NCBI GenBank assembly: GCA_964015875.1
Contig: CAXHEV010000002.1
Coordinates: 11,310-75,309 of the forward strand
Direction: 5' to 3'
Source of the DNA: an uncultured Candidatus Poseidoniales archaeon
Lineage (GTDB): Archaea > Thermoplasmatota > Poseidoniia > Poseidoniales > Poseidoniaceae
Length of the DNA: 64,000 nucleotides
Positions 34,700 to 45,399 of the stretch are shown here, piece after piece. A program made the position numbers and the translations under genes. Position 1 is the stretch's first letter; each line of letters opens with the position of its first letter. A model generated the notes under the pieces. That model ran no database searches. It saw nothing but the letters and a program-made list of their open reading frames with translations, and was not told the origin of the DNA.

Positions 34700-37600
34700 T
34701 CATTTCAGGCGTTTTCCACCGATTCGCAATTCTGTTTGAAGTGGCATTTGATGTTCCCAAGCGAATTCCTTGACAATACGCCAAGCCTTCTCCGAGCCTT
34801 CGTAATCCTTGACATCGATGATTTTATTTCTGGTGTTTGCTTTGAATGCGGCGATTGGTTCAGCATTTTTGAACACTAGGTAGGCTGATCCAAATCCAAA
34901 CCTTTCCTTCATTATATCTGCGAAATATGGAGCGATTGGATCGCTTGGAGGTAGCACGAAATCCCGAATGGGGGGGATGTCTTTGGCTTCATCGAGCAGG
35001 TTTTTGCGACCCCAACAGACCTGATCTAACTCATCGATGAGGAATCCCTTCACGAGCGTTCCATCCTCTTCAAATGATGTCAGAACGGCTTTGATTTCCT
35101 CAGGTTTGAACGGCGTGCCGGCCAATCTCAGTAATTGTTTGAGTGTGATGACGGGGAAGTCTTGAACAAGCGCTCGAATATATTCCCTGCGCAACTCTAT
35201 TGGATCTACGCCGGCACGTAGTTTGACGGTCCTAAAACCACCACGGAAGTCTTGAACGATATGCCCTGATCGAATTAAGGGCTGAACTAATTTTCTAAAT
35301 TCCGATTGAGTCAATGCGTGGCGTTCCTTGAACAGGTTCGGATCCGTATTGCTGCTGAAGAATTCGACGATATCCCACAAATCCTCATCAAAAGGCTCAC
35401 CACGAATAGCTAACAAGTTCTGGAAATGCTCGTACGTTGCCCATACTTGATGGCCACGCAGGTTGATCCCTTGGTGGAGTCGGTTTGCACTTGCCATGCT
35501 CTTAAGATCGACTCGATACAATTCACAACGTCCACGAAGGGCAAAATCATCGCGTATTTCTGTGACCTCACGAAGCGCCATGACCTCATTTTCCATTCTT
35601 GTTTTTTGGTGGAGGTTGTGACGATGGAACAGTGCTCGCTCAGCGATTTCTCGTGGTTGCGGGTCAACGACACCGCCCCGAATCATGCGTTCTCCAGTAA
35701 TCTTGAAACCAATTCGTTCCAGGGCTTCACGTGTTTCTTTACCAAGGCTAGAAACAGGTTCACTGTTGAAGTTTGACAGCACTGCAACATCGACAAGTTG
35801 GTCTGCATGGTTGTCCAGCAGGAGTTTGAATGCATCACAGAATTCATCGATGTAAGCAGTTGGAACGTGTAAATCTTTGATGACGAGGTAGTCATTGATC
35901 TTGAACATTAAGACCTTGCCAATTGGATCAATGCCTTTGAACACAGGCAGGTACCAACCTCGATCAAGGACGCTACGAACTTCCCAAATGAAACGGGACA
36001 CATACGGATCGGATTGTGTAAGGATGCGCATTGTACGGTCTTCACGGCGAGGTTGTTGCAGCAATTCGACTTCCTCTGGCATACAATAAAATGCTTCAGG
36101 ATCAGGCACTAAGGCCATGACTTTTGCAATTCGCCCCGACTTTTCCAAGTTCATCAAAGCTACGGTGAGATCCTCGAATGAGCGAGTGACGTAGAATCTC
36201 AATGTGTTGCCTTTGACCGGTCCCATTCTACGGATCACATCCACCAGAGCGCTCTCGAAATCAAGTGGTTCATAGACCTCGTGAACCCTGTGGAAGAGCG
36301 ACAAGCGTCGTCGTCTGCCAGGGACATCTTCGAATTGTTTAACCACAAGCATTTGCCGCTCCAAGTTCGACATTGCGTACTTGAGATCACGTTGGAGGGA
36401 GCGATGTTCGTCGCCCTTAGGGAAATCGGCCATGATTTCTTGACGAGTGACATTTTCACCAACTGGAATTCTTTTGAGCAGTTCTTCTTCCATCGGACCA
36501 ACCCAAGGTTCGGGCTTGAGTCCGAGGAGCATTGGGATCGTTTCTTTTGTTGTGTAGCCCATTCTGTTGTGCAACAACCGGCCCATGATGACGTCTGAAT
36601 CGAGTTGCAAATCTTGCCAATCTTTGAACCTAAAGTCGGTCACCCTGTAGAGAAGCTCCTGTTGTTTTTGAAACAAGACGTGGGAGTCGAAAGCAGAGAA
36701 ACCATCGCCATATTGCTGGAATGTTTTGTCCAGAACCAAATTTTGAACCCAGCGATATTCAACGACGTCTTCTGAACTATCAATCAAGCGATGCTCGTCA
36801 ATCTTGAGGATGTATTCCGCTTCGTCCGTTTGTTTATAGAATCCTACAGATAGGACATTTCGCGTTTCTAATTCATGGAGAATCTTGTCAACCATCGCTC
36901 GTGGGAACGGTAAACGCTCTTCTAACTGGTCCCCAGTATGAGGACCTTCACTGCCTAACATTTCGATGATCTTGACTCGCATTGCTTCGTGTGGATCACC
37001 CAGTGATTGTTCGGTCCAAGTGGTAGGAGTGCGCTCAGCAAATGCGGTTGCTGTTTTGTAAGAGAGACCGCGCGTGTGCAATTCTCTCAAATCTGTGACG
37101 TCTTTCCCACCGTTGACAGATAAGCAACCGAGGGTCCCGTGAATTTCTGCCATGAACGGCGAGAACCACTTTCCGTCGAGTTGTTCTGAACCAGTACCAT
37201 CAAGTTTGGTAATTCTTCCTTCGGCACATAACTCAGTGACCCAACCTCGAATGGTATCGATTTCGATGCCTGCGAGTTTCTCTTTGTACAGAGGATTGTT
37301 GAATTCTTGATCCAGTCCTCCACCGTGCGACATCAGCGTCATCAATCCCTTTGCATTGGTTGGAATTGGTGCTTTGTCAAGGTAGAATTTGTCCAATTGT
37401 TCACCAGTCAGTTCGGTGGCTAGACTGCGAGTTCCAAGGAGTCGCTGTAAGATGGCTGGATCGATATCTTTGACGAGGTAGGCCCTAGTTTTCATCGCCA
37501 TCAAATCTTCAAATGCAGACATGAACAACGACATTCCAAGCCGGGATGGTACAGTGACTTTATTATGAACAATTCGTGCATCACCTTGCACACATGATTG

Positions 37601-39982
37601 TAAGAATACCTCCAAACTCTTCATGTCGATATCGCCGAACAAGATTTCGTTTTTGGCTTCACGCATCAAAAGGCTGTCATCGGTTGTTCTGTGTTTATTG
37701 AGCAAGGCTTCTGCCTTCTGTTGAAATTGCTGAGGGCTGATTTCTTCGGCACCAATTCGCTTCGGAATAATCATAGAACGACCAGCAACTTCTCTGAATC
37801 GTTTTGCAAAAATTTGGGTGTTGACCACATATCGTTCTATGACTTCGTTGTGGTTATTATTTCTAAATTCCTTATACATCTGTCCAGGGTCAACTTCTTC
37901 TGAAGTTCGTATCAGCAGTCCATTCTCATCGAACGACATTTCGATTACTGCGATGTTGTTGGATTCTGCAATGCCCGCCATGAAGTATCCAAGAGCAGTG
38001 TTGAATCCTCGGCCTCGACATGTGGTAATCATGTAGGTCGGATGGCCACCAGTCAGCACTTGTTCGACAAGAATTCTGTTCGGATCTGGAACTTGGAATG
38101 AATCAAAACTGTGTTCTTCAAGGTGCCTTGCTATGGCGTTTGCAACGTCATTGGACAAACCATAGGCATCACGAAGGAGAATACGTGGGTCCTGTTCTCT
38201 TCGTAGTGAGACAATACAGTGGCCAATGAGGTCCAACAATGCACTGGATAGTTCCCTTGAGCGAGAACGGGCTTCTCCGGACCATGATGGAACAGTTGGA
38301 CGATGGCCAGTGACTGATGCGACATTGACCCTCGTACCTTGGATGTTGGTGACTCTGTATGTTGAACCACCCAAAAGAATCACGTCGCCGCCACGTAGAT
38401 TGGACACGAAGGACCCTGAAAGTTGTCCAAGAATGGAGCCTTCTGCATTGAATACGAGGTATGAATTATCAGGAGCAATGGTTCCAATATTGGTATAATA
38501 AATCATACGAGAATACCCACGTTTTCCGTAGATATTTTCTTCCCAATCTACCCATACACGTCGTTCTTCTTCTAGCATGTCGAGTACTTCTATGAAATCG
38601 TCATACTCGAAATTTCGATAGGACCAAGCATTCACGATAATTTCGTAAGCTTCATCGATGTCAATTTGATTGATAATGACGAGCCCAATCATGAATTGTG
38701 CCACCACATCCAAGCAATTTTCAGGGAAGTCTAGCCTGTCCATGTCGCCGGTTTGAATCGCTGCTTGCAAGGCTGCTAACTCCAACAAATCATCAACGCT
38801 TGAGGGGAGGAAACGGGCACGAGGTATTCCACCAACATGGTGGCCAGCACGGCCTATTCGCTGAAGTGCTGTCGCAATGTCGCCAGGGCTGCCGATTTGC
38901 AGTACGAGATCAACCGAACCAATATCGATACCCATTTCTAACGAGGACGAGGTGACGACGGCTCGAAGATGGCCATGTTTGAGTTTCTTTTCGACGTCTA
39001 AACGTATTTTTTTGTCCATTGAACCGTGATGTCCAGCAACCAAATCACCGAGGTAGGGGCGCAATTTAAGGACAATATTTTCAGTCATTTTTCTTGTGTT
39101 CGCAAACACAAGAGTTGTGTTGTGTGCGGCTATGAAATCTGCAACTGCTTCGATGTTTTTGTCAAATATTTTCATCACTGACAAATCACTGAATTTTGGA
39201 TCTGTGATTAAAATATCTAGGTCCAATTCCCGAGATCCCGAAACCTTTGCAATACATACCTTGGTCGCTGCAGTTCTGCTTTCTTGATCATCGCTAGCCA
39301 CTAAAAATTCTGCAACTGTTTCCAATGGTTCCATCGTAGCAGAAATACCAATTCGTTGCACTGGGCGGGTTAGAAGTGTGTCAAGGTACGACAAAGTTAG
39401 GGCAAGATGGACACCACGCTTGGTTGGTACGAGTGAGTGCAACTCGTCAATGATCATGTATTCGACTTCGCTGACGATCGGTTGGAATCTTGGTGATGTG
39501 ATGGCAATAGCAAGGCTTTCGGGTGTGGTAATGAGGATGTGCGGAGGATTGCGAAGCATCTTTTGGCGTTCGCTTTGAGGTGTATCGCCGGTTCGCAATC
39601 CAACCTTAATCTCCTGGGCACGATCGGGGAGGTAGCGCTCAGATATTTCCTTGAGTGGACCTAGAAGGTTGCGCTGAATATCGTTGGCAAGTGCCTTGAT
39701 TGGTGAGATGTAGACACAATACACCCGCTTCTCGAGTTTTCCATCAAGGGCTCGACGAACCAGCTGGTCAATGATTGAAAGAAAGGCAGTCAACGTCTTA
39801 CCAGAACCTGTAGGGGAGCAAAGCAGCAGGTGCTCTTGCTCAATAATGGCTGGAATTGCTAATTTTTGAGGGCGAGTGAAATCTGGAAATTTATCTTTGA
39901 ACCAGTTTCGAACGGGTGGACATAACCGTTCCAACAAAGCCTCTGTTTCGAGAGGTTGGTCTAGATAGTGTATATCAGCCAT
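34700..39982 (-). CDS. lhr: Full-length Lhr-type DExH-box helicase (Lhr-core plus a long C-terminal region, 1760 aa)
   Basis: Motif I CSPTGSGKT and motif II MIIDELHSLVPTKRGVHLALTLSYL, a close match to Lhr DEIH...KRGAHLAL. Motif VI region QRIGRAGH. Lhr-core spans roughly the first 900 aa and is followed by about 850 more residues. ATG at 39982. Confidence 0.85.
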   Translation of the reverse strand: MADIHYLDQPLETEALLERLCPPVRNWFKDKFPDFTRPQKLAIPAIIEQEHLLLCSPTGSGKTLTAFLSIIDQLVRRALDGKLEKRVYCVYISPIKALANDIQRNLLGPLKEISERYLPDRAQEIKVGLRTGDTPQSERQKMLRNPPHILITTPESLAIAITSPRFQPIVSEVEYMIIDELHSLVPTKRGVHLALTLSYLDTLLTRPVQRIGISATMEPLETVAEFLVASDDQESRTAATKVCIAKVSGSRELDLDILITDPKFSDLSVMKIFDKNIEAVADFIAAHNTTLVFANTRKMTENIVLKLRPYLGDLVAGHHGSMDKKIRLDVEKKLKHGHLRAVVTSSSLEMGIDIGSVDLVLQIGSPGDIATALQRIGRAGHHVGGIPRARFLPSSVDDLLELAALQAAIQTGDMDRLDFPENCLDVVAQFMIGLVIINQIDIDEAYEIIVNAWSYRNFEYDDFIEVLDMLEEERRVWVDWEENIYGKRGYSRMIYYTNIGTIAPDNSYLVFNAEGSILGQLSGSFVSNLRGGDVILLGGSTYRVTNIQGTRVNVASVTGHRPTVPSWSGEARSRSRELSSALLDLIGHCIVSLRREQDPRILLRDAYGLSNDVANAIARHLEEHSFDSFQVPDPNRILVEQVLTGGHPTYMITTCRGRGFNTALGYFMAGIAESNNIAVIEMSFDENGLLIRTSEEVDPGQMYKEFRNNNHNEVIERYVVNTQIFAKRFREVAGRSMIIPKRIGAEEISPQQFQQKAEALLNKHRTTDDSLLMREAKNEILFGDIDMKSLEVFLQSCVQGDARIVHNKVTVPSRLGMSLFMSAFEDLMAMKTRAYLVKDIDPAILQRLLGTRSLATELTGEQLDKFYLDKAPIPTNAKGLMTLMSHGGGLDQEFNNPLYKEKLAGIEIDTIRGWVTELCAEGRITKLDGTGSEQLDGKWFSPFMAEIHGTLGCLSVNGGKDVTDLRELHTRGLSYKTATAFAERTPTTWTEQSLGDPHEAMRVKIIEMLGSEGPHTGDQLEERLPFPRAMVDKILHELETRNVLSVGFYKQTDEAEYILKIDEHRLIDSSEDVVEYRWVQNLVLDKTFQQYGDGFSAFDSHVLFQKQQELLYRVTDFRFKDWQDLQLDSDVIMGRLLHNRMGYTTKETIPMLLGLKPEPWVGPMEEELLKRIPVGENVTRQEIMADFPKGDEHRSLQRDLKYAMSNLERQMLVVKQFEDVPGRRRRLSLFHRVHEVYEPLDFESALVDVIRRMGPVKGNTLRFYVTRSFEDLTVALMNLEKSGRIAKVMALVPDPEAFYCMPEEVELLQQPRREDRTMRILTQSDPYVSRFIWEVRSVLDRGWYLPVFKGIDPIGKVLMFKINDYLVIKDLHVPTAYIDEFCDAFKLLLDNHADQLVDVAVLSNFNSEPVSSLGKETREALERIGFKITGERMIRGGVVDPQPREIAERALFHRHNLHQKTRMENEVMALREVTEIRDDFALRGRCELYRVDLKSMASANRLHQGINLRGHQVWATYEHFQNLLAIRGEPFDEDLWDIVEFFSSNTDPNLFKERHALTQSEFRKLVQPLIRSGHIVQDFRGGFRTVKLRAGVDPIELRREYIRALVQDFPVITLKQLLRLAGTPFKPEEIKAVLTSFEEDGTLVKGFLIDELDQVCWGRKNLLDEAKDIPPIRDFVLPPSDPIAPYFADIMKERFGFGSAYLVFKNAEPIAAFKANTRNKIIDVKDYEGSEKAWRIVKEFAWEHQMPLQTELRIGGKRLK

Positions 39983-40076
39983 TTTTTTCTCACTTGCCCG
40001 TGAGTCCCAATGGAACGAAACGAGTAAATGAACCTGTTGTTTTCATCTGTTGGCACGGGTCGAGGGGAGAATCGAT

Positions 40077-40391
40077 TCAAGCCCATCCCAATCCGCCTTT
40101 TTTCCATCGATTAACGACTTCTGTAGGCGGTCGCGGTGATGGTTTGAGTAAGGGGGATGATTCAGCCTTCGGGGGCGTTTTCACTTCGTGGAGTGCTTGG
40201 GTTGGACACGAACCTATGCAGGAGAGGCAACCAACGCATTGTTCCTCAACGACAACGACGGGACGCTTAGGTTTCGTTCGGCCCTCGGGAGAGTGAAGCA
40301 GGGGAAGAAGTGCTTCAAACGGGCAATGTGGTATGCAAAGGTCACAACCTGTGCAATCTGCTTCGATGATCGCCACCATCGATTGTCCCAT
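40077..40391 (-). CDS. 2x[4Fe-4S] ferredoxin
   Basis: Two clusters: CTGCDLCIPHCP and CVGCLSCIGSCP. 104 aa with a Pro/Lys-rich C-terminal tail. Confidence 0.85.
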   Translation of the reverse strand: MGQSMVAIIEADCTGCDLCIPHCPFEALLPLLHSPEGRTKPKRPVVVVEEQCVGCLSCIGSCPTQALHEVKTPPKAESSPLLKPSPRPPTEVVNRWKKGGLGWA

Positions 40392-40486
40392 GATTCTTGC
40401 ATATCGCCGTGCTTCTTAACGCTACGGTTGGGGCTTTTCATGCAAAAATCGACGGTGAGGTTGAAAGGTGGTTCGTGTTAGGAAGC

Positions 40487-42175
40487 ATGAGCGTGGAATC
40501 GATGCAACAGGATGTTGACCGGCTGGAACGCATGTCTGGGATGTTCAAGCGTCGCGGCATTATTTTGCCAGCCTTTGAAATCCACGGCGGTGCAAAGGGC
40601 CTCTACGATTTTGGACCTGTGGGGGGCCGTCTGCGTAATCGTGTCAATCAAACATGGATCGATCATTGGCTTGCTCTTGGCAACATCGTTGAACTTTCAT
40701 GCCCAACAGTCACTCCGTACGCCGTTTTGGAGGCATCTGGTCACGTGGGAGAATTTTCCGATTTCATGACGATTTGCACAGAATGTGGTGAAGCGAGTCG
40801 CGCAGATACACTCCTTGAATCCTCACACCCCAATCCAGATGCTTTGTCGAAATCAGAGTTGCAAAAAATACTCGGCGATGTCAATCCCTCGTGTCCTAAT
40901 TGTGGGGCGCAAGCATGGAGCGAGGTCACAGCACAGAACCTGATGTTTAACACGACCATAGGGGCAGGGACCTCAGGCCGCCCAGGTTTTCTTCGGCCAG
41001 AAACAGCACAGGGTATGTTTACCTCTTTTCCTGCATTGCTCAGACACAATAGGGACAGGCTACCGTTTGGTGCAATTCAGGTTGGCAAAGGCTACCGGAA
41101 TGAGATTTCTCCACGTCAGGGTATGATTCGTTTGCGTGAGTTCAATATGGCGGAGCTGGAATACTTCATCAACCCACATGAGGATCCACAGCATGATTTT
41201 TCTCCCTGGCAATCGATACCTTTCCGTCTGGTACCCGATGAGGGTGATGAAAAGGAAATGACAATTCAAGACGCATTGGATTCAAACACAGTCCGCCACG
41301 CTACAGTTGGCTATTTTATGGCGCAGACGTATGATTTCTTGGTGAAGGTTGGTATTGATCCGGCTCGCTTGAGATTCAGACAACATGAGTCAGATGAGAT
41401 GGCTCACTATGCAACAGATTGCTGGGACGCAGAAATTCATGGTTCATATGGTTGGGTCGAATGTGTTGGCATCGCACACCGAGGATGCTATGATCTTGAA
41501 GCCCATGAAAAAGCAACGGGGAAAACACTCAGAGCTCGACGTGAATTCAGTGAACCAAAAGTTGTAGAAATCGATGGTTGGACCATGAACGGCGCTACAG
41601 CAGGACCGGCATTCCGAGCCTTAGCTGGCAAGGTCAAAGCAGTGGTCGAAAAGCTTCCCGCAGACGCAACATTCCCACTGGTATGCACCCTTGATGATGG
41701 TCAAGGAGTTGAGGTTTTATCAGAGCATGTCAAACGTCTTCAGCGCACTGAAACCATCACTGGTGAATGGTACATCCCTCACGTGGTTGAGCCTGCATTC
41801 GGTATTGACAGAATCATATGGCATATCCTCGACCACGCTTATGACGATGAGGCTAAAGACGGTGAAGACTACACAATACTGAAACTCAGTGAACATGTTG
41901 CTCCTGTTGATTATTGTGTATTTCCCCTGTTTGAAAAAGATGGAATGGGTGAACTTGCTCGTTCGCTTCACCGCTCACTTTGTAGCAAACGCGGTATCGT
42001 ATCAGTCTACGATAGCAGCGGGTCAATCGGCCGTAGGTACGCTCGTGCGGATGAAATTGGTGTGCCACAATGCTTGACCGTCGACCATCAGTCACTCGAG
42101 GATGCTACGGTCACCATTCGAGACCGTGATTCAGGGGAACAACGACGTGTGACAATTGAAGATATCATTCGCTAA
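40487..42175 (+). CDS. glyS: Glycyl-tRNA synthetase (archaeal/eukaryotic-type class II)
   Basis: FKRRGIILPAFEIHGGAKGLYDFGPVGGRL, the GlyRS signature corresponding to GLYDYGPLG. ATG at 40487 (alternative 40502); the track TTG start at 40397 is rejected. Confidence 0.9.
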   Translation: MSVESMQQDVDRLERMSGMFKRRGIILPAFEIHGGAKGLYDFGPVGGRLRNRVNQTWIDHWLALGNIVELSCPTVTPYAVLEASGHVGEFSDFMTICTECGEASRADTLLESSHPNPDALSKSELQKILGDVNPSCPNCGAQAWSEVTAQNLMFNTTIGAGTSGRPGFLRPETAQGMFTSFPALLRHNRDRLPFGAIQVGKGYRNEISPRQGMIRLREFNMAELEYFINPHEDPQHDFSPWQSIPFRLVPDEGDEKEMTIQDALDSNTVRHATVGYFMAQTYDFLVKVGIDPARLRFRQHESDEMAHYATDCWDAEIHGSYGWVECVGIAHRGCYDLEAHEKATGKTLRARREFSEPKVVEIDGWTMNGATAGPAFRALAGKVKAVVEKLPADATFPLVCTLDDGQGVEVLSEHVKRLQRTETITGEWYIPHVVEPAFGIDRIIWHILDHAYDDEAKDGEDYTILKLSEHVAPVDYCVFPLFEKDGMGELARSLHRSLCSKRGIVSVYDSSGSIGRRYARADEIGVPQCLTVDHQSLEDATVTIRDRDSGEQRRVTIEDIIR

Positions 42176-42230
42176 CTCCGCCTCTGATAACCTCATCAAT
42201 ATTGAAAGACCCTCGGAAAGAACAACCACC

Positions 42231-43766
42231 ATGACCGAGGTGAGCGATTGGACAGAGCGCCACCGCCCCACATCTGAGCGTCATCTCGAAGGCAACGAAG
42301 TTCAGCGTCGAAAAATTCGTGCCTGGCTGGACGATTGGCAGAACGGTAGCCCGAAAAAGAAGGCTATTTTGCTCGTTGGGCCACCCGGTGTCGGAAAAAC
42401 ATCAGTGGCGAGAGCGATTGCTCAGGACCTTGGTTGGAATGTCATTGAATTGAACGCCTCGGACGCTAGAAATGCAGCAGCAATTCGAAAAGCTGCAACT
42501 CAAGGCAGCACACACCGCTCATTGTTTCACGATCCAAACGCAAAAAAGCAGCGAACACTGATTTTACTGGATGAGGTAGACCACATTTCGGGTGGACTTC
42601 GTGCTGTCAGTCAAGATCGGATTTCGAAGGCGATGCAGGGTGCAGATGAAACTGGAAAGGAAGTCAAACTTGCAGGCGACTCCGGAGGGAAAGCAGAATT
42701 GCTCGAACTTTTGGCCAACACTAAACAACCTGTGATTTTGGCATGCAATGAAATCATGGGGCTCTGGGGTAAGGGCTCCAGTTGGCGCAACACTCGAGAT
42801 CGCTTCAAACCACACCTGAATATCATCACCTTTGAACGAGCGAGTAATGAAGCACTAAGAAGGATTGCAAAACGAGTTTTGCGTGAAGAAAATCTCGACT
42901 TCGATGAAGCAGCAGTGAAGGCTTTAGTCGCTAGCAATCCAGGTGATTTACGGGCCTTAGTTCGTGATTTACAAGTCCTTTCATCGACAGCTGACGGTGC
43001 CATTACAAAGGCCATGGTTGAGGCACAAGCAGATTCAGGGCGACGAGATACCACCTTGGAGGTCTTTCCTGGCCTTGATGCTCTGTACAGGTCGAATGAA
43101 GCGAAAAAAGCGGTTGAACTTGGGCGTCTTATTGACAAGCCACCGAGTGAACTCATCAACTGGGTGCACTGGAATAACGCTTCGTTGTTCCCAGAAAAAA
43201 TTTCCATTCGCAGGGCAAACCATACGCTTGCTCTTGCCGCTCAGATGCTTATGGCTCAATACCAGAACACAGCGCATCGTTCATGGTATTGGAGTGGACA
43301 ACTTGCTAGTCTTTCAGCGTCGGTACCGAATAAGGTTCCCTTTAGAGACCGAATATACTCTACCTATCCATCGTTCCTACGTCGCCAAGCCTCCTGGGTC
43401 AGACCAGCCATCGTGGAACGTTTGTCAGAATTCTCTGGCTCCAGTAAAGCAGCAGCAAGGGATGAATTGATGCCACTGCTCTCTGCAATGGTGAAAGATT
43501 CACCCAATCTCGGTGATTCAACTGATTTTTCTCTTTCGATTCAACTCGGATTTTCCGCAGAAGAGCATGCCTCTATGGCAGGTTTGCCACTGAGCCGTCG
43601 TTCAACAAAAGACCTTCTCGAAGCATACAATGTCGAACTTAGTGCTTACACGGCCATGCAAGAAACACCAGATCCACTTCCTGTGGAATCGCCTCCTGAA
43701 TCCTCAGATGACGAGGCTAACGAAACAAATGATGATCCGCCATCAGGTCAGATGAAATTATTCTGA
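42231..43766 (+). CDS. rfcL: Replication factor C large subunit
   Basis: MTEVSDWTERHRP (W-T-E-K-Y-R-P box) and ILLVGPPGVGKTSVARAIA. ATG at 42231 (track TTG at 42156). Confidence 0.85.
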   Translation: MTEVSDWTERHRPTSERHLEGNEVQRRKIRAWLDDWQNGSPKKKAILLVGPPGVGKTSVARAIAQDLGWNVIELNASDARNAAAIRKAATQGSTHRSLFHDPNAKKQRTLILLDEVDHISGGLRAVSQDRISKAMQGADETGKEVKLAGDSGGKAELLELLANTKQPVILACNEIMGLWGKGSSWRNTRDRFKPHLNIITFERASNEALRRIAKRVLREENLDFDEAAVKALVASNPGDLRALVRDLQVLSSTADGAITKAMVEAQADSGRRDTTLEVFPGLDALYRSNEAKKAVELGRLIDKPPSELINWVHWNNASLFPEKISIRRANHTLALAAQMLMAQYQNTAHRSWYWSGQLASLSASVPNKVPFRDRIYSTYPSFLRRQASWVRPAIVERLSEFSGSSKAAARDELMPLLSAMVKDSPNLGDSTDFSLSIQLGFSAEEHASMAGLPLSRRSTKDLLEAYNVELSAYTAMQETPDPLPVESPPESSDDEANETNDDPPSGQMKLF

Positions 43767-43767
43767 C

Positions 43768-45399
43768 CTAGGGCTTCTCATCGTCTTCCATGATTCGACG
43801 GAAGAGGGCAATCGCTGCCCGATCAGACTGAACTTTTTCTTCCCTACGCCATGTGTGCGGGTGCATGAGGATGACTGCTGTGAGAAGCTCAAGTCGACCA
43901 AACCACATTAAGATCGAAGTCATGACTAAAGCACCAGAATTCATTCCAGCCCAAGTTGCAGATGGGCCATAATCACCCAGAGCAGGCCCAGTGTTTCCAA
44001 GTGATGACGCAACGACTGTGATAACGCTCTCGAAGGTATCGCTTGGCATAAAAATGGACAACAAGATGCTTGAGAGGCCAAACAATCCAACCCATACAAA
44101 CAACATACCCACAATTAATCCAATTTGGTTCTGCTCAACGACCTCCCCGTTCATACGAATTTGATCGATTTTTCGAGGTTGGGCAATCTTGACCAATTCT
44201 CTCATGGCCACCTTGAACGCTAGCGTAATTCTTAGCAGCTTTAGTCCACCTGCAGTTGAACCTGCACTCGCACCAACAATCATGAGAATGAAAATGATGA
44301 AATGAGTGACCATAGGCCAAGAATCACTGGCGTAATCTGTCGTTCCATACCCGGTTGACGTACCAATAGAAATGACGTGGAACACACTGTGTCGCAATGA
44401 GGTTCCAACAGAGGTCCCAGAGCCTATGAGTGCACCTGCAATCGCCAATGAGGCGACCAACACATAGATCCCATAGTAGCGGAATTCTTCATCTGCAAAC
44501 GCTTTCTTGAATTCTCGCTCTTTGATGAACCACATCAATGTAAAGTTGATACCTGCAATGAACATGAACACGATGATGATCGTTTCAACAAGCACAGAAT
44601 CGAAATAGCCTATGCTCGCATCGTGAGTCGAAAAACCACCTGATGGAAGCGTTGTCAATGCGTGATTGATTGAATCGAACCAATTCATCGACCCTGTACC
44701 GAATAAAAGGCCAAATTCCAACAATGTCAAGACGATGTAAAGCGACCAAAGGGCAATCGCTGTTTGCTTCAGTTTTGGTCGCAAACGTGACAGGGATGGT
44801 CCAGTTAATTCAGCACGTGCAAGGGCCATACCACCTCCAATGACTCGTGACAAAATCATCATTCCAAGCATGATGATACCCATGCCCCCAAACCATTGAG
44901 TCAATGAACGCCAAAGCAACAAACCACGAGCTTGACTGTTAATGCAATCCTCTGTCACGCCCGGTATGCAGTTCGGACTCATGTTATGTGCGATGACCGT
45001 GGCTCCAGTTGTGGTGAATCCCGACATCGACTCAAACCATGAATTCACAGCACCACGCGCCATGTCGATGAGTGCTATGTCGGGTGTAAATGGTCCGTTG
45101 AACATACCACCAAGCCAATACGGCAGTGCTCCAATAAGGACTGCAATTGGCCACACGAGAGCAACACCAGCAAATGCTTCCTTGTCCCGCAATCGCTCGC
45201 TTGTGTTGGTACGTGTGCCAAAACTGACCATCAAGATGCCCACAAATGCTGAGATGAAGGATGGGATTGCAAAGGCCCTCAGCGCCAGTTCAACAGAATC
45301 CAAGGCACCAGTTAACACACCACATACAGCAAGAGGTATCGATAACGCAATGAGCGTCCACCCCAAGATCAGATACAGCACGTCTGAGCGCATGGCCAT
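43768..45399 (-). CDS. trkH: TrkH/KtrB-family K+ transporter
   Basis: Repeated selectivity-filter-like loops SGFTTTGATV and GTSTGYGTTD, and GGLKLLRI. ATG at 45399 shares one nucleotide with the TrkA TGA. Confidence 0.85.
   Translation of the reverse strand: MAMRSDVLYLILGWTLIALSIPLAVCGVLTGALDSVELALRAFAIPSFISAFVGILMVSFGTRTNTSERLRDKEAFAGVALVWPIAVLIGALPYWLGGMFNGPFTPDIALIDMARGAVNSWFESMSGFTTTGATVIAHNMSPNCIPGVTEDCINSQARGLLLWRSLTQWFGGMGIIMLGMMILSRVIGGGMALARAELTGPSLSRLRPKLKQTAIALWSLYIVLTLLEFGLLFGTGSMNWFDSINHALTTLPSGGFSTHDASIGYFDSVLVETIIIVFMFIAGINFTLMWFIKEREFKKAFADEEFRYYGIYVLVASLAIAGALIGSGTSVGTSLRHSVFHVISIGTSTGYGTTDYASDSWPMVTHFIIFILMIVGASAGSTAGGLKLLRITLAFKVAMRELVKIAQPRKIDQIRMNGEVVEQNQIGLIVGMLFVWVGLFGLSSILLSIFMPSDTFESVITVVASSLGNTGPALGDYGPSATWAGMNSGALVMTSILMWFGRLELLTAVILMHPHTWRREEKVQSDRAAIALFRRIMEDDEKP

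Noticed and set aside
40397-40486. TTG-initiated leader (MHIAVLLNATVGAFHAKIDGEVERWFVLGS) on the GlyRS ORF
   Set aside because: It has no counterpart in GlyRS N-termini. It overlaps the divergent ferredoxin promoter region. The ATG at 40487 gives a canonical N-terminus.
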